Shown: piece by piece, positions 54,552 through 63,836 of the stretch | Layout: every line of letters begins with the position of its first letter | Position numbering within the stretch: position 1 is the first letter of the stretch | NCBI GenBank assembly: GCA_021799635.1 | Contig: JAJZAB010000001.1 | Coordinates: 158,505-222,504, forward strand | From: Candidatus Micrarchaeota archaeon | GTDB lineage: Archaea; Micrarchaeota; Micrarchaeia; Micrarchaeales; Micrarchaeaceae | Length of the DNA stretch: 64,000 nucleotides | Reading direction: 5' to 3' | Made by a program: the position numbers and the translations under genes | Notes under the pieces: generated by a model | Databases searched by the model: none | What the model saw: only the letters and a program-made list of their open reading frames with translations | What the model was told of the DNA's origin: nothing

Positions 54552-56177
54552 TCATTTAGTTATAGAAATGCTCTGCTCGCGCATAAACTGTTGGAGGTAA
54601 AATTTGCTTCCAGTACCTTTCCCCGTAAGGCCGCTGTATTTCCATCCTACAAAGGTGTGTTTTCCAACAATTGCACCAGTGGTGGCGCTGGTAGGTCTGT
54701 TTATGTAGACTACACCGGCCTGTATCTTTCTCGAAAACTCATTTATTTCTTTCCTGTTTTTGCTGTACAGACCAGCGGTTAGCCCGTACTCAACATCGTT
54801 CGCCATATCTATAGCTTTGCTGAAATCCTTAAAATATTCTATTGTAACTAACGGGAGGAATAGTTCCTTGTGAACCAGCTCATGATCGTGCCTTAGCTCG
54901 ACTATGGTAGGCTCAACATAATACCCCCGCTGTGCGTCGCCTATCACATTTCCTCCGTATAGTATCCTTCCGGACGACTTTGCTTTGTCGACGGACTCAA
55001 TGTACCTTTTGTAAGCACTACCGCTTATGAGCGGCCCGATGTAGTTCTCTTTACTAAGCGGATCTCCTATCTTAAAGCCCCTAATTTTTTCTATCATATT
55101 ACTTATAAAAATCTCTTTTATTGATTCGTGCACGTATATCCTGGAGCAGGCGCTGCATTTTTGACCGGCAAATCCGAAAGCCGCGCTTGTGATGCCTGTC
55201 ACCGCGTTGCCTATGTCCGCACTGGCGGCTACGATAACTGGGTTTTTGCCGCCCATCTCCACAACAAATACTTTTTGAGTGCCTGCTGCGTAGTTCTTTG
55301 AGATCATTTCAATCCCGGTGCTTCTTGATCCGGTAAAAACAACTCCTGAAACTCCACTATTCGTAGCAAGCTCGTCGCCAATCTCACTTCCAGGCCCGGT
55401 AACAAAATTAAACGCACCGGGGGGGACTCCTGCTTCTGTAAGCATCTGATATATTTTCATGCCAGTCAACATAGTCATATTATCCGATGAAGACGGTTTG
55501 AAAACTACAGTGTTTCCACATATTAACGCCCCTACGCACATGCCTGTGGATATGGAAACAGGGAAATTAAATGGGGATATAACTGCAAAAACGCCGTATG
55601 GTTTCATTGATATTGTGACCTTCTCGTTGGAACCTGGAGCACCCTGAAATCCCAGTTTTACTTTGATATCTGACTTTTCTATGCTTGCTTTCCTTATAAA
55701 ACCGCGATTGGATTCCATCTCATCCGAATAGTATCTAAGGAAATCTATTGCTTCGTCAACCTCGCCTATTGATTCGTATCTAGACTTGCCGTTCTCAAAA
55801 CTCAGTATGGCTGCAAGTATGAACTTATCTCTAACAAATATTTCGGCTGCCTTTCTGAATATTTCTACCCTTCTCTTATAATCTGTATTGCTCCACAATG
55901 GAAAGGTGTCTTGGGCTGCCTTGATTGACTGCTTTGCATGATCCCTGGTGCCTTTTTGAAAATACCCAATTATTGTGCTATTGTCTATGGGTGATTTTTC
56001 AACCAAAACATCCTCAGCATAAACCGCTTTCCCATTTATATACATTGGATGCTTTGCTCCAAAAATTCTCTTCGCAGTTTCTACAGCGAAGTCAAATGAC
56101 ATATCAAATTCCTTTTCCTTCCCATTTTTCATAAATTTTTCATATGTTGACTCGTTATAAAATCTGGGCTTTGCCAT
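54552..56177 (-). CDS. NAD(P)-dependent aldehyde dehydrogenase (1-pyrroline-5-carboxylate dehydrogenase-like)
   Basis: Catalytic Glu box VVEMGGKNP and Cys box FGFAGQKCSACSRIYV. ATG 56177 preceded by GAGGTG; the listed 56246 start is probably too long. Confidence 0.85.
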   Translation of the reverse strand: MAKPRFYNESTYEKFMKNGKEKEFDMSFDFAVETAKRIFGAKHPMYINGKAVYAEDVLVEKSPIDNSTIIGYFQKGTRDHAKQSIKAAQDTFPLWSNTDYKRRVEIFRKAAEIFVRDKFILAAILSFENGKSRYESIGEVDEAIDFLRYYSDEMESNRGFIRKASIEKSDIKVKLGFQGAPGSNEKVTISMKPYGVFAVISPFNFPVSISTGMCVGALICGNTVVFKPSSSDNMTMLTGMKIYQMLTEAGVPPGAFNFVTGPGSEIGDELATNSGVSGVVFTGSRSTGIEMISKNYAAGTQKVFVVEMGGKNPVIVAASADIGNAVTGITSAAFGFAGQKCSACSRIYVHESIKEIFISNMIEKIRGFKIGDPLSKENYIGPLISGSAYKRYIESVDKAKSSGRILYGGNVIGDAQRGYYVEPTIVELRHDHELVHKELFLPLVTIEYFKDFSKAIDMANDVEYGLTAGLYSKNRKEINEFSRKIQAGVVYINRPTSATTGAIVGKHTFVGWKYSGLTGKGTGSKFYLQQFMREQSISITK

Positions 56178-56458
56178 ATTGTCCACCTCAAAAATGCAAA
56201 TTAAATAAAGGAGCTTCTGGTGTGCCGGTTGCTGAAGGCGTGTCATTCTTATTTTGTTATATGTACAACTTAAATTTATTAAAGGTATATAAATAAGCGT
56301 TGCGCCTTACGGGTGGGACTTTAGTCAAAGTGCCAAAACAACGCAAACGCCGAATTTTAAAAATCAAAAATTGTAGATTCTTGTCGTTTTTTAATAGTAA
56401 TGTTTAAATAATAGGCGCAGCACCATATATCTATAATTATAACTCTGTTATAAATTTG

Positions 56459-57886
56459 ATGGTAAAAATGGTTGTAAATGAGAATGAACTGCTAGGATAC
56501 GCTGACGAGGATTACAAGGAGCGCTATGGCTTCAGAGATAATATAGAGTATACGTACAAAACTAAGAAGGGCTTATCAGAAGATATAGTTAAGGAGATAT
56601 CAGGCATTAAGAATGAACCGGATTGGATGCTTGAAAAAAGGCTTACAGGTTATAAGGTATTTAAGAACAAGCCTATGCCAACGTGGGGTGCAGACCTGAG
56701 CAAGATAGATTTTGATGATGTTTATTACTATTTGAAGCCAACTGGAAACAAGGAAAACGCGTGGGAGAAAGTTCCAGAGGAGATAAAAAGGACTTTTGAC
56801 AAACTTGGCATACCTGAAGCTGAGAGGAAGTTTTTCTCTGGGGCTGAGATACAATACGATTCTGAGGTCGTTTATGGAAATGTAAGAAAGGAGCTGGAGA
56901 AGCAAGGGGTTATATTCACCGATACCGATACTGCAATCAAAAAATACCCAGAGCTCGTAAAGAAATATTTCGGAACCGTTATCCCTCCTACTGACAACAA
57001 ATTTGCTGCGCTGAATACAGCGGTTTTCAGCGGTGGCTCATTCATATACGTTCCAAAAGGAGTCAAAGTTGCGATGCCGTTGCAGGCATATTTCAGGATA
57101 AATGCTGAGAAGGCTGGACAGTTCGAAAGGACGTTGATAATAGCTGATGAGGGAGCAGACGTTACATATATAGAAGGCTGCACTGCACCCATATATATTA
57201 GCTCTTCACTGCATTCCGCCGTTGTGGAGATAGTTGTCCATAAAAATGCACATGTGCGGTACGTAACCATACAAAACTGGTCAAGAAACGTGTACAATCT
57301 TGTAACGCAAAGGGCATACGCATATGAGAATGCACATATGGAATGGATTGATGCAAATATTGGTAGTAAGGTAAATATGAAGTATCCATCAGTATACTTA
57401 AAAGGGAGGGGCTCTAAGGGGGAGATACTTTCTGTAGCTGTTGCGGGCGAAAACCAAGTGCAAGATTCCGGGGGCAAGATGCTGCACCTTGCACCTGATA
57501 CTACATCAAAAATAATATCTAAGAGTGTATCAAAAAAGAATGGAGTTGCATCATACAGAGGGCAGCTATACGTTTCCAAAGAGGCCGCAAACGTAAAATC
57601 AACAGTGAGATGCGATGCGCTGCTGCTAAATAAAGAATCAAAAACAAACACATACCCGTATATGGAAATAAAAAGAGACGATGCAACGATAACTCATGAG
57701 GCTGCAGTAGGTAAGATTGGTGAGGAACAGCTCTTCTACCTGATGTCAAGAGGGCTTACAGAGGAGGATGCCCTTACAACAGTTGTGCTTGGCTTTTTGG
57801 ATCCATTGACAAAAGCACTGCCGATGGAATATTCTATAGAACTGAAGAGACTGATAAAGCTGGACACGTCTAATTCAGTCGCTTGA
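56459..57886 (+). CDS. sufB: Fe-S cluster assembly protein SufB
   Basis: 476 aa with SufB core (FERTLIIADEGADVTYIEGCTAP, ITHEAAVGKIGEEQLFYLMSRGL). Confidence 0.9.
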   Translation: MVKMVVNENELLGYADEDYKERYGFRDNIEYTYKTKKGLSEDIVKEISGIKNEPDWMLEKRLTGYKVFKNKPMPTWGADLSKIDFDDVYYYLKPTGNKENAWEKVPEEIKRTFDKLGIPEAERKFFSGAEIQYDSEVVYGNVRKELEKQGVIFTDTDTAIKKYPELVKKYFGTVIPPTDNKFAALNTAVFSGGSFIYVPKGVKVAMPLQAYFRINAEKAGQFERTLIIADEGADVTYIEGCTAPIYISSSLHSAVVEIVVHKNAHVRYVTIQNWSRNVYNLVTQRAYAYENAHMEWIDANIGSKVNMKYPSVYLKGRGSKGEILSVAVAGENQVQDSGGKMLHLAPDTTSKIISKSVSKKNGVASYRGQLYVSKEAANVKSTVRCDALLLNKESKTNTYPYMEIKRDDATITHEAAVGKIGEEQLFYLMSRGLTEEDALTTVVLGFLDPLTKALPMEYSIELKRLIKLDTSNSVA

Positions 57887-57895
57887 CGTGATTAG

Positions 57896-59194
57896 TTGAA
57901 TGCTTACAAGCTTTTTGCAGATGAAGCGCTGCGCACATATAGTGAGTTGCCAGAGGAACAGAATGAATTGTATAAAAGGCGGTACGTAAGCTTAGACGCC
58001 CAAAATATGCTTGATATTTTTGAAAAAAATGCAAAACCTGACAAAAATGAAGACGCTGAGCTGAGCGAATCTTTAAAATCCCTGTTTATCGATAGCCGAA
58101 TGAATTTTGATGCCGTTATAGGAAGCGGTGGCTTTTCTATAAATAAATCTTCAAAATACATAACAATAGTCCCTGCATCAAATCTAGACAAAGAGTGCCT
58201 TGAAGCAAAGCTTCACAAAAGCACCGAAGACAAGCTTGCTGCCCTCATACATGCGTTTACTGATAAGGTAATGTTTATAAATATTGGAAATGGGGAAAAA
58301 GCGCGCCTAAACCTACTTTTTAGCAACAACAAAGCGCCTATTTCTACCCAGATAATAATAAACGTTGGGGATGAAGCTGACCTTGAAATCTTGGAGTGGT
58401 ATGCTTCCACAGCAGATGCTGAGTCTGCCAGCGCGTTTATGCATGAGGGGGTTGTTGGAAAGTATTCAAATGTATCAATAGATGCAGTACACAATGAGGG
58501 TGAGCACACGGTCGTTGTGGGCCTGTCCAAGTACGCGGTGGGGGAGCGTTCCAACGCGAAGTTGAATTATTTTTATGGGGGAGGGTCGCACTGCAAGGTT
58601 AAAAATTATTTCTACGCAAATGAGCATGAAAGTTCTGTACACGTTAACGAGCTTACGTTTGGCTCTGGAAAGCAGAAATTCGATATAAGCAGCCAGCTGG
58701 AGAATAGATCAACTTCAACTATTGCAGAATTACACTCTAGAGCCGTAGTAATGAATGACTCGTTTTGTATAATGAAGGGGTTTGCAAAGATACCTTTTGG
58801 ATCAAAAAATTCTAGATCTTTTGTGCACGAGTCTGGGATGCTTCTTGACGAGGGTGCTGCCATCGAGTCCATACCAGCCATGTCGATAGATGAAAGTGAG
58901 GTCAAGGCAACTCACTCATCAGCTACTGGGCCGATCGATGATGAATTGATTTTTTACCTGAATTCGAAAGGTCTTAGTGAAAAGAAGGCGAAAATGCTTG
59001 TTGTAGAAGGATTCTTTTCGGGCAGCGTTGGCCGCTTTAGAAATGATAATGCAAAGCTATACATTGCATCTCTGATTTTGGATAAGATAGAAAGGGGAGT
59101 TTTTGGAAAACCAGTTAAAGTTTCCGCAGGGAATATTTGGGTAGGCAGAGAAAATGAGGAAGATATATTTAAGGGACACTATAAATACAGGTGA
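57896..59194 (+). CDS. sufD: Fe-S cluster assembly protein SufD
   Basis: SufB/D beta-helix family (ATHSSATGPIDDELIFYLNSKGL) directly after sufB. TTG start. Confidence 0.8.
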   Translation: MNAYKLFADEALRTYSELPEEQNELYKRRYVSLDAQNMLDIFEKNAKPDKNEDAELSESLKSLFIDSRMNFDAVIGSGGFSINKSSKYITIVPASNLDKECLEAKLHKSTEDKLAALIHAFTDKVMFINIGNGEKARLNLLFSNNKAPISTQIIINVGDEADLEILEWYASTADAESASAFMHEGVVGKYSNVSIDAVHNEGEHTVVVGLSKYAVGERSNAKLNYFYGGGSHCKVKNYFYANEHESSVHVNELTFGSGKQKFDISSQLENRSTSTIAELHSRAVVMNDSFCIMKGFAKIPFGSKNSRSFVHESGMLLDEGAAIESIPAMSIDESEVKATHSSATGPIDDELIFYLNSKGLSEKKAKMLVVEGFFSGSVGRFRNDNAKLYIASLILDKIERGVFGKPVKVSAGNIWVGRENEEDIFKGHYKYR

Positions 59195-59199
59195 TTTGT

Positions 59200-59520
59200 A
59201 TGCCGACGGATTATGAGAGAGCAATAGATGAATTCATGCCGGCCTTTAGAGCTGCTGCATCCAGAATCATGATTAACAAATATAAAATAAGTCAGCAGAA
59301 AGCAGCTGAGCTGCTTAATATGACACAGGCTTCTATCAGCAAATACATAAACGGCCGCTATTCCAATAGCGTAAAGGATATTGAACTTGGAATAAAAGAT
59401 AATGATGTTGAAGTTTTTGTAAAATATATGATTAATAAATATGACAGAGACGCTCAGAGGCAGATGTGCAGCGCGTGCCAGAGGTATCATGGCTTTGACT
59501 GTGCGATAATGGTAAAATAG
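59200..59520 (+). CDS. small HTH (XRE-like) transcription regulator with C-terminal Cys motif, embedded in the suf cluster
   Basis: HTH ISQQKAAELLNMTQASISKYINGR. C-terminal CSACQRYHGFDC. ATG 59200 lies 5 nt after the sufD stop, and its own stop is 8 nt before sufC. Confidence 0.6.
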   Translation: MPTDYERAIDEFMPAFRAAASRIMINKYKISQQKAAELLNMTQASISKYINGRYSNSVKDIELGIKDNDVEVFVKYMINKYDRDAQRQMCSACQRYHGFDCAIMVK

Positions 59521-59528
59521 GTGAAAAA

Positions 59529-60257
59529 ATGATTCTTGAAGTAAAGGATTTGCACGTACAGATAGAAGGAAATGATATAATCAATGGTGTAAACCTTTTG
59601 ATAAAGGAAGGAGAAACCCATGTGATAATGGGACATAATGGATCAGGGAAGACGACTCTAGCTAAGGTAATAATGGGGTATCCTAAGCTTAAGCCTCTCT
59701 CCGGAGACATACTTGTTGATGGCAACAGCATAGTTGGGCTCTCAGCTGATAAAAGGGCGAAAATGGGGCTTTTCTTAGGTTTCCAGACTCCTGTTGAAGT
59801 TGAGGGAGTAGGGTTTATAAATTTCCTGCACAGTGCAAAGGAAGCAATATCGGAAAAAGTAGATACAAAAGAGCTCATGACTGAAATAAGGAATGGCGCA
59901 CAGAATCTTAAGATGGTGGATAACCTTATAGGTAGATCTCTTAACCAGGGATTTTCTGGAGGGGAAAAGAAAAAGGCTGAGATCCTGCAGATGGAAGTCC
60001 TAAAGCCGCGTATAGCCATATTGGATGAACCAGACTCTGGGCTAGATATAGATGCTGTTAAGATAGTAGCACAAAATATAAATGAAATAGCCAAAAAAAA
60101 CAAGATGGGGCTCATAATAATAACACATTATAGCAGGATATTGTCTTACATGGACCCTCAGTTTGTACACGTTATGTCAAAAGGAAAAATAGTAGCTGAA
60201 GGCGGAAAAGAATTAATAAACAAGCTGGAGGCTGAAGGCTATGAATCATTTTCATAA
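59529..60257 (+). CDS. sufC: Fe-S cluster assembly ATPase SufC
   Basis: Walker A GHNGSGKTT, ABC signature FSGGEKKK, Walker B ILDEPDSGLD. Confidence 0.9.
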   Translation: MILEVKDLHVQIEGNDIINGVNLLIKEGETHVIMGHNGSGKTTLAKVIMGYPKLKPLSGDILVDGNSIVGLSADKRAKMGLFLGFQTPVEVEGVGFINFLHSAKEAISEKVDTKELMTEIRNGAQNLKMVDNLIGRSLNQGFSGGEKKKAEILQMEVLKPRIAILDEPDSGLDIDAVKIVAQNINEIAKKNKMGLIIITHYSRILSYMDPQFVHVMSKGKIVAEGGKELINKLEAEGYESFS

Positions 60258-60299
60258 GAAATTCAATAAACTAAGGTACATTGACAATTAGGTGTTTTT

Positions 60300-61535
60300 A
60301 TAGATGTACATAAAATTCGTAAAGATTTCCCCATATTGGAGACGCTGATGAACGGTAAGCGCCTGGTTTATTTAGACAACGCTGCGACGTCGCAGAAACC
60401 AAATAAGGTAATAGATGCAATACATGACTACTACACCCAATATAATGCAAACATACACAGGGGAGTATATAAAATATCCGAAAGGGCTACAGAAGAATAC
60501 ATAAATTCAAAACAGAAGCTGGCTGACATGGTTGGCGCTAGCTCAATCGAGGAAATTATATATGTTAGGAATACCACAGAAGCGATAAACCTGGTGGCAC
60601 TTACCTGGGGGGAGATGAATGTTAAAAAAGGAGACCATATACTTATATCCCAGATGGAGCATCACAGCAACATTATACCGTGGCAGATGCTAGCGAAGAG
60701 AAATGATGCGGTGCTAGACTACATCGAACTTGATGACAATAAAGCCGGGCTTTCGGAAGACAGTTTTAAGGAGCAGCTGGATAAGGATCCAAAGATAGTT
60801 TCTATAGCACATGTGTCAAATGTGCTTGGCAGCATAAATGATGTAAAAAAGATAACAAAGCTGGCGCATGATAGGGGCGCCTTTGTGCTTGTAGATGGGG
60901 CGCAATCAGCTCCCCATATGAAGGTTGACGTAGCCGATTTAGATTGTGATTTTTTTGCACTTTCAGCCCACAAAATGCTGGGGCCTACTGGAATCGGTGC
61001 ATTGTACGCAAAAAGAGAGGTACTGGATAAGATGCCACCGCTCTTTGGAGGAGGAGATATGATAAAATCAGTGAGCATGCAGACTTACACGCCGAATGAC
61101 CTCCCGTGGAAATTTGAGGCAGGGACTTCCAATATTGAAGGAGGCATAGCATTCGGAGCAGCGATAGATTATCTGGATGGTGTTGGTTTGGATAGTATAA
61201 GGAAGCACGAAAAGAAGCTTACAGAATACGCAATAAAATCCCTTTCCGAAATAGATGGAGTTAGGGTTTTTGGATATGGGCCAAAGGAAACAGACAAGCG
61301 AGGGGGAGTTGTATCTTTCTCAATCAGGGGAGTCCACCCGCATGACGTAGCTACGATATTCGATAGCGATGGCGTTGCGATAAGGGCTGGGCATCATTGC
61401 GCCATGCCGCTTGTCACCGGAGTGCTTGGCCAGGGATCACTTTCCCGAATAAGTTTTTATTTGTACAACGATATAGATGACATTGACAAGGCCGTTCGGG
61501 CAATAGAGAAGGTAAAAAAGATTTTCAAATGTTGA
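60300..61535 (+). CDS. sufS: cysteine desulfurase SufS (class V aminotransferase, group II); start codon unresolved
   Basis: YLDNAATSQKP, PLP-Lys box SAHKMLGPTG, catalytic loop RAGHHCA. The conserved N-terminal IRKDFPIL is encoded in frame upstream of the first canonical start (TTG 60336); see findings. Confidence 0.85.
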   Translation: MDVHKIRKDFPILETLMNGKRLVYLDNAATSQKPNKVIDAIHDYYTQYNANIHRGVYKISERATEEYINSKQKLADMVGASSIEEIIYVRNTTEAINLVALTWGEMNVKKGDHILISQMEHHSNIIPWQMLAKRNDAVLDYIELDDNKAGLSEDSFKEQLDKDPKIVSIAHVSNVLGSINDVKKITKLAHDRGAFVLVDGAQSAPHMKVDVADLDCDFFALSAHKMLGPTGIGALYAKREVLDKMPPLFGGGDMIKSVSMQTYTPNDLPWKFEAGTSNIEGGIAFGAAIDYLDGVGLDSIRKHEKKLTEYAIKSLSEIDGVRVFGYGPKETDKRGGVVSFSIRGVHPHDVATIFDSDGVAIRAGHHCAMPLVTGVLGQGSLSRISFYLYNDIDDIDKAVRAIEKVKKIFKC

Positions 61536-61539
61536 TTGT

Positions 61540-61935
61540 TTGCCGCTGGACATATACGCTGAGGATATTTTATCACACTACGAACATCCGCATAATAAGT
61601 TGAGGCTTAAGGACTTCGATGCAAGCTTCAGTGATGAAAATCCTCTGTGTGGTGATACGATAACGATATATATTAAAGTAAGTAATATGAAGGTATCCGA
61701 CATATCATTCGGTGGGGATGGATGTTCAATAAGCCAGAGTACGGCGAGCATGCTTACTGACTATGTGAAAGGGATGTTATTGGAAGACGTGGAGAAAATA
61801 GACTATGATAAGATAAAGGAGTTGCTAGGGATAAACCTTGGACCAGCAAGGATGAACTGCGCTATGCTGCCTCTCAAGGCCCTCCACGGTGCAGTCAAAG
61901 CCTATAAAAACAGTAATAAAGCTACTGAGAAATAG
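61540..61935 (+). CDS. sufU: SufU/IscU-type Fe-S scaffold / sulfur acceptor
   Basis: NPLCGD, GDGCSIS, NCAMLPLKA give the three conserved Cys positions of the SufU/NifU-N family. TTG start. Confidence 0.8.
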   Translation: MPLDIYAEDILSHYEHPHNKLRLKDFDASFSDENPLCGDTITIYIKVSNMKVSDISFGGDGCSISQSTASMLTDYVKGMLLEDVEKIDYDKIKELLGINLGPARMNCAMLPLKALHGAVKAYKNSNKATEK

Positions 61936-62638
61936 TTATCTCAAGCCTCTTGTTGTGTGAGCCTTTATTCTCAAGCTTTGTTAATGCTATTGCCCCTATC
62001 TCACTGGTGTTTGCCACGTGGGTACCTCCGTCGGCTTGGGCATCAAACCCAACTATTTCTATCACTCTAACGTGATCCATGCTGCTAACCAACTGCCTGC
62101 CAGGTTCAGTCCGCACTAGATCCGGGATTTTGAGGGCTTCTGCCTTTGGTAAATCTTTTGCAACGACTGCATATCCTCGCTTGATCACCTCATTTGCCTC
62201 GGCAGTTAACTTCTCTGCAAATTTTTTGTCCATCTCAGGCATATCAAAATCTATCCTGGCCCTATCCACGTATATTTGGTTTCCAGTAGGCTTAATGCCA
62301 TATTTTTTCTCTGCTATTGCATCTATTATGTGTAGCGTAGTGTGATATTTCATGCACACATATCTTCTGTCCCAGTTTATAATTCCTTTTACTGCATCTC
62401 CCTTTTTTGCCTCTGGAGTTCCATCTAAGTTGTGTACTATGCTGTCTTTATCCGAGACCATCCCAATTACCATAAATTTCTTACCACCTATTTCGATAGT
62501 ACCCAGGTCGTTTGGCTGCCCTCCACCGCCAGGGTAGAAGGCCGTTTGGTCTAAAACAACAGTGTTGGCGGCTATATTTTCAATCTCAGCGTTAAACTCT
62601 TTTATGTAGGGATCATTCCAGTAGAGCCTTGTTGTCAT
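61922..62638 (-). CDS. alaX: AlaX-type alanyl-tRNA editing protein (AlaX-M-like)
   Basis: N-terminal beta-barrel FYPGGGGQPND, HTTLH (HxxxH), and GGTHV preceded by Asp instead of the usual Cys. Confidence 0.8.
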   Translation of the reverse strand: MTTRLYWNDPYIKEFNAEIENIAANTVVLDQTAFYPGGGGQPNDLGTIEIGGKKFMVIGMVSDKDSIVHNLDGTPEAKKGDAVKGIINWDRRYVCMKYHTTLHIIDAIAEKKYGIKPTGNQIYVDRARIDFDMPEMDKKFAEKLTAEANEVIKRGYAVVAKDLPKAEALKIPDLVRTEPGRQLVSSMDHVRVIEIVGFDAQADGGTHVANTSEIGAIALTKLENKGSHNKRLEITISQ

Positions 62639-62719
62639 CCAATTACCGTTTTTGTTTATTTTTAGCTGATTTGGTATTATAGGTCATATACTTGGTATGT
62701 TTTCCTGCTTCAACAGTTA

Positions 62720-62777
62720 ATGATCAGAGACTCTCTTTTTCATCACAAATCAGAAATACCTCGTTTCATCACATATT
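62720..62777 (-). ncRNA. box C/D sRNA (2'-O-methylation guide), not in the ORF track
   Basis: Minus strand reads GUGAUGA(C)-AACGAGGUAUUU-CUGA(D')-UUU-GUGAUGA(C')-AAAAGAGAGUCU-CUGA(D). All four boxes are canonical and both guides are exactly 12 nt. It is intergenic, between the EamA gene and alaX. Confidence 0.75.
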
Positions 62778-62841
62778 ATTATTCTAATAGCAGAATTTAA
62801 GTTTTTGCATGAAGGCAACTTCAATGCAGCATATAAATATT

Positions 62842-63705
62842 TCATGCTACTAGGAAATATGCAGCCGCTATTAGCACCATTGAAAGTATAATTTTTCTTT
62901 TTATGTTTGATTCTTTAAATACAATCCCGCCAGACATAACTGTTATTATAACGTAGATTGTATTCCTTAATGGGACTACAAGGCTTATCGCAACTAACGA
63001 GGCGGCAAAGTAATATGTTGCGCGGTATGAAACCGTAAGGATACCCTGCCTCACCAATACAACTTTATTATTTTTGAAGTTTTTTATCAGCTCCCTTATT
63101 CCGCCATATCTTACCTGCATGTATATTGTAAAGTTGATTGCAGAAAAAACCTGTAGTAGTATTAGGGCTGTGAATGGGTTAACACTATATAATAGATATT
63201 TTAGTACTATTGCACTAACTCCGTTTATTACAGAGACAATTATAACTATGTAGGCGTAATTTTTGGTGTCAAAGTTCGATTTGCTGCCCTTTGCGTTTAC
63301 AAACAGCAGTATATATGTGGTTACTATCATAACCAGAATGCTTGCGTATTGGATTATGGTCAATTTTTCTCCAAGAAATATAAACGCGAGGATCACTGTA
63401 AAAAATATAGGCATGGAGCTGTACGTTGCTGAAGTGACGGATATGTTCCCATGTTTGTAAGTTCTTGCGGTAAGCAAATAGCCTGCGGTGGAAAGGAGGC
63501 TGAGTATGTAAACTAGGCCGATTTCAAACACATTTATGTTAAATTTTGCTAATGGCAGCAGTACAAGGCTTATCACTGCTGCAACTATCGCGAAATCGGA
63601 GCTGTATGCAGATGCATATTCATGGTACAGTGCCCTTTTTTCTAGTATAGTTGCGAGCCCCATTATGAGCGATGAGAAAAGGATAATGTAATACCAGGCA
63701 ATCAT
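62842..63705 (-). CDS. EamA/DMT-family membrane transporter
   Basis: 287 aa, about 10 TM helices in two homologous halves, typical EamA composition. Confidence 0.7.
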   Translation of the reverse strand: MIAWYYIILFSSLIMGLATILEKRALYHEYASAYSSDFAIVAAVISLVLLPLAKFNINVFEIGLVYILSLLSTAGYLLTARTYKHGNISVTSATYSSMPIFFTVILAFIFLGEKLTIIQYASILVMIVTTYILLFVNAKGSKSNFDTKNYAYIVIIVSVINGVSAIVLKYLLYSVNPFTALILLQVFSAINFTIYMQVRYGGIRELIKNFKNNKVVLVRQGILTVSYRATYYFAASLVAISLVVPLRNTIYVIITVMSGGIVFKESNIKRKIILSMVLIAAAYFLVA

Positions 63706-63722
63706 TTTAACACTGGGCCGAG

Positions 63723-63795
63723 TAGCCCCGACCGGATTCGAACCGATGTAAGCGGGTCCAAAGCCCGCTATCCTTGGCCACTAGATGACGGGGCT
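63723..63795 (-). tRNA. tRNA-Gln (anticodon TTG), intron-less
   Basis: Minus strand reads AGCCCCG-TC-ATCT-AGTGGCCAA-GGAT-A-GCGGG-CTTTGGA-CCCGC-TTAC-ATCGG-TTCGAAT-CCGGT-CGGGGCT-A. The A1-U72 pair is typical of archaeal tRNA-Gln. Confidence 0.9.
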
Positions 63796-63836
63796 ATTTC
63801 TATTATATCGGCTGTTGCAATTTATAAGGATTTTTA

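Noticed and set aside
56297-56350. Imperfect inverted repeat GCGTTGCG ... CGCAAACGC (8 bp with one bulge, 37-nt loop) in the divergent aldehyde dehydrogenase/sufB intergenic region. Considered as an H/ACA-type or other small RNA, or an operator.
   Set aside because: I could not build a pseudouridylation pocket, k-loop or 3' ACA box. It is a single occurrence with only a weak stem. It is worth a glance in RNA-seq but not supportable as a feature.
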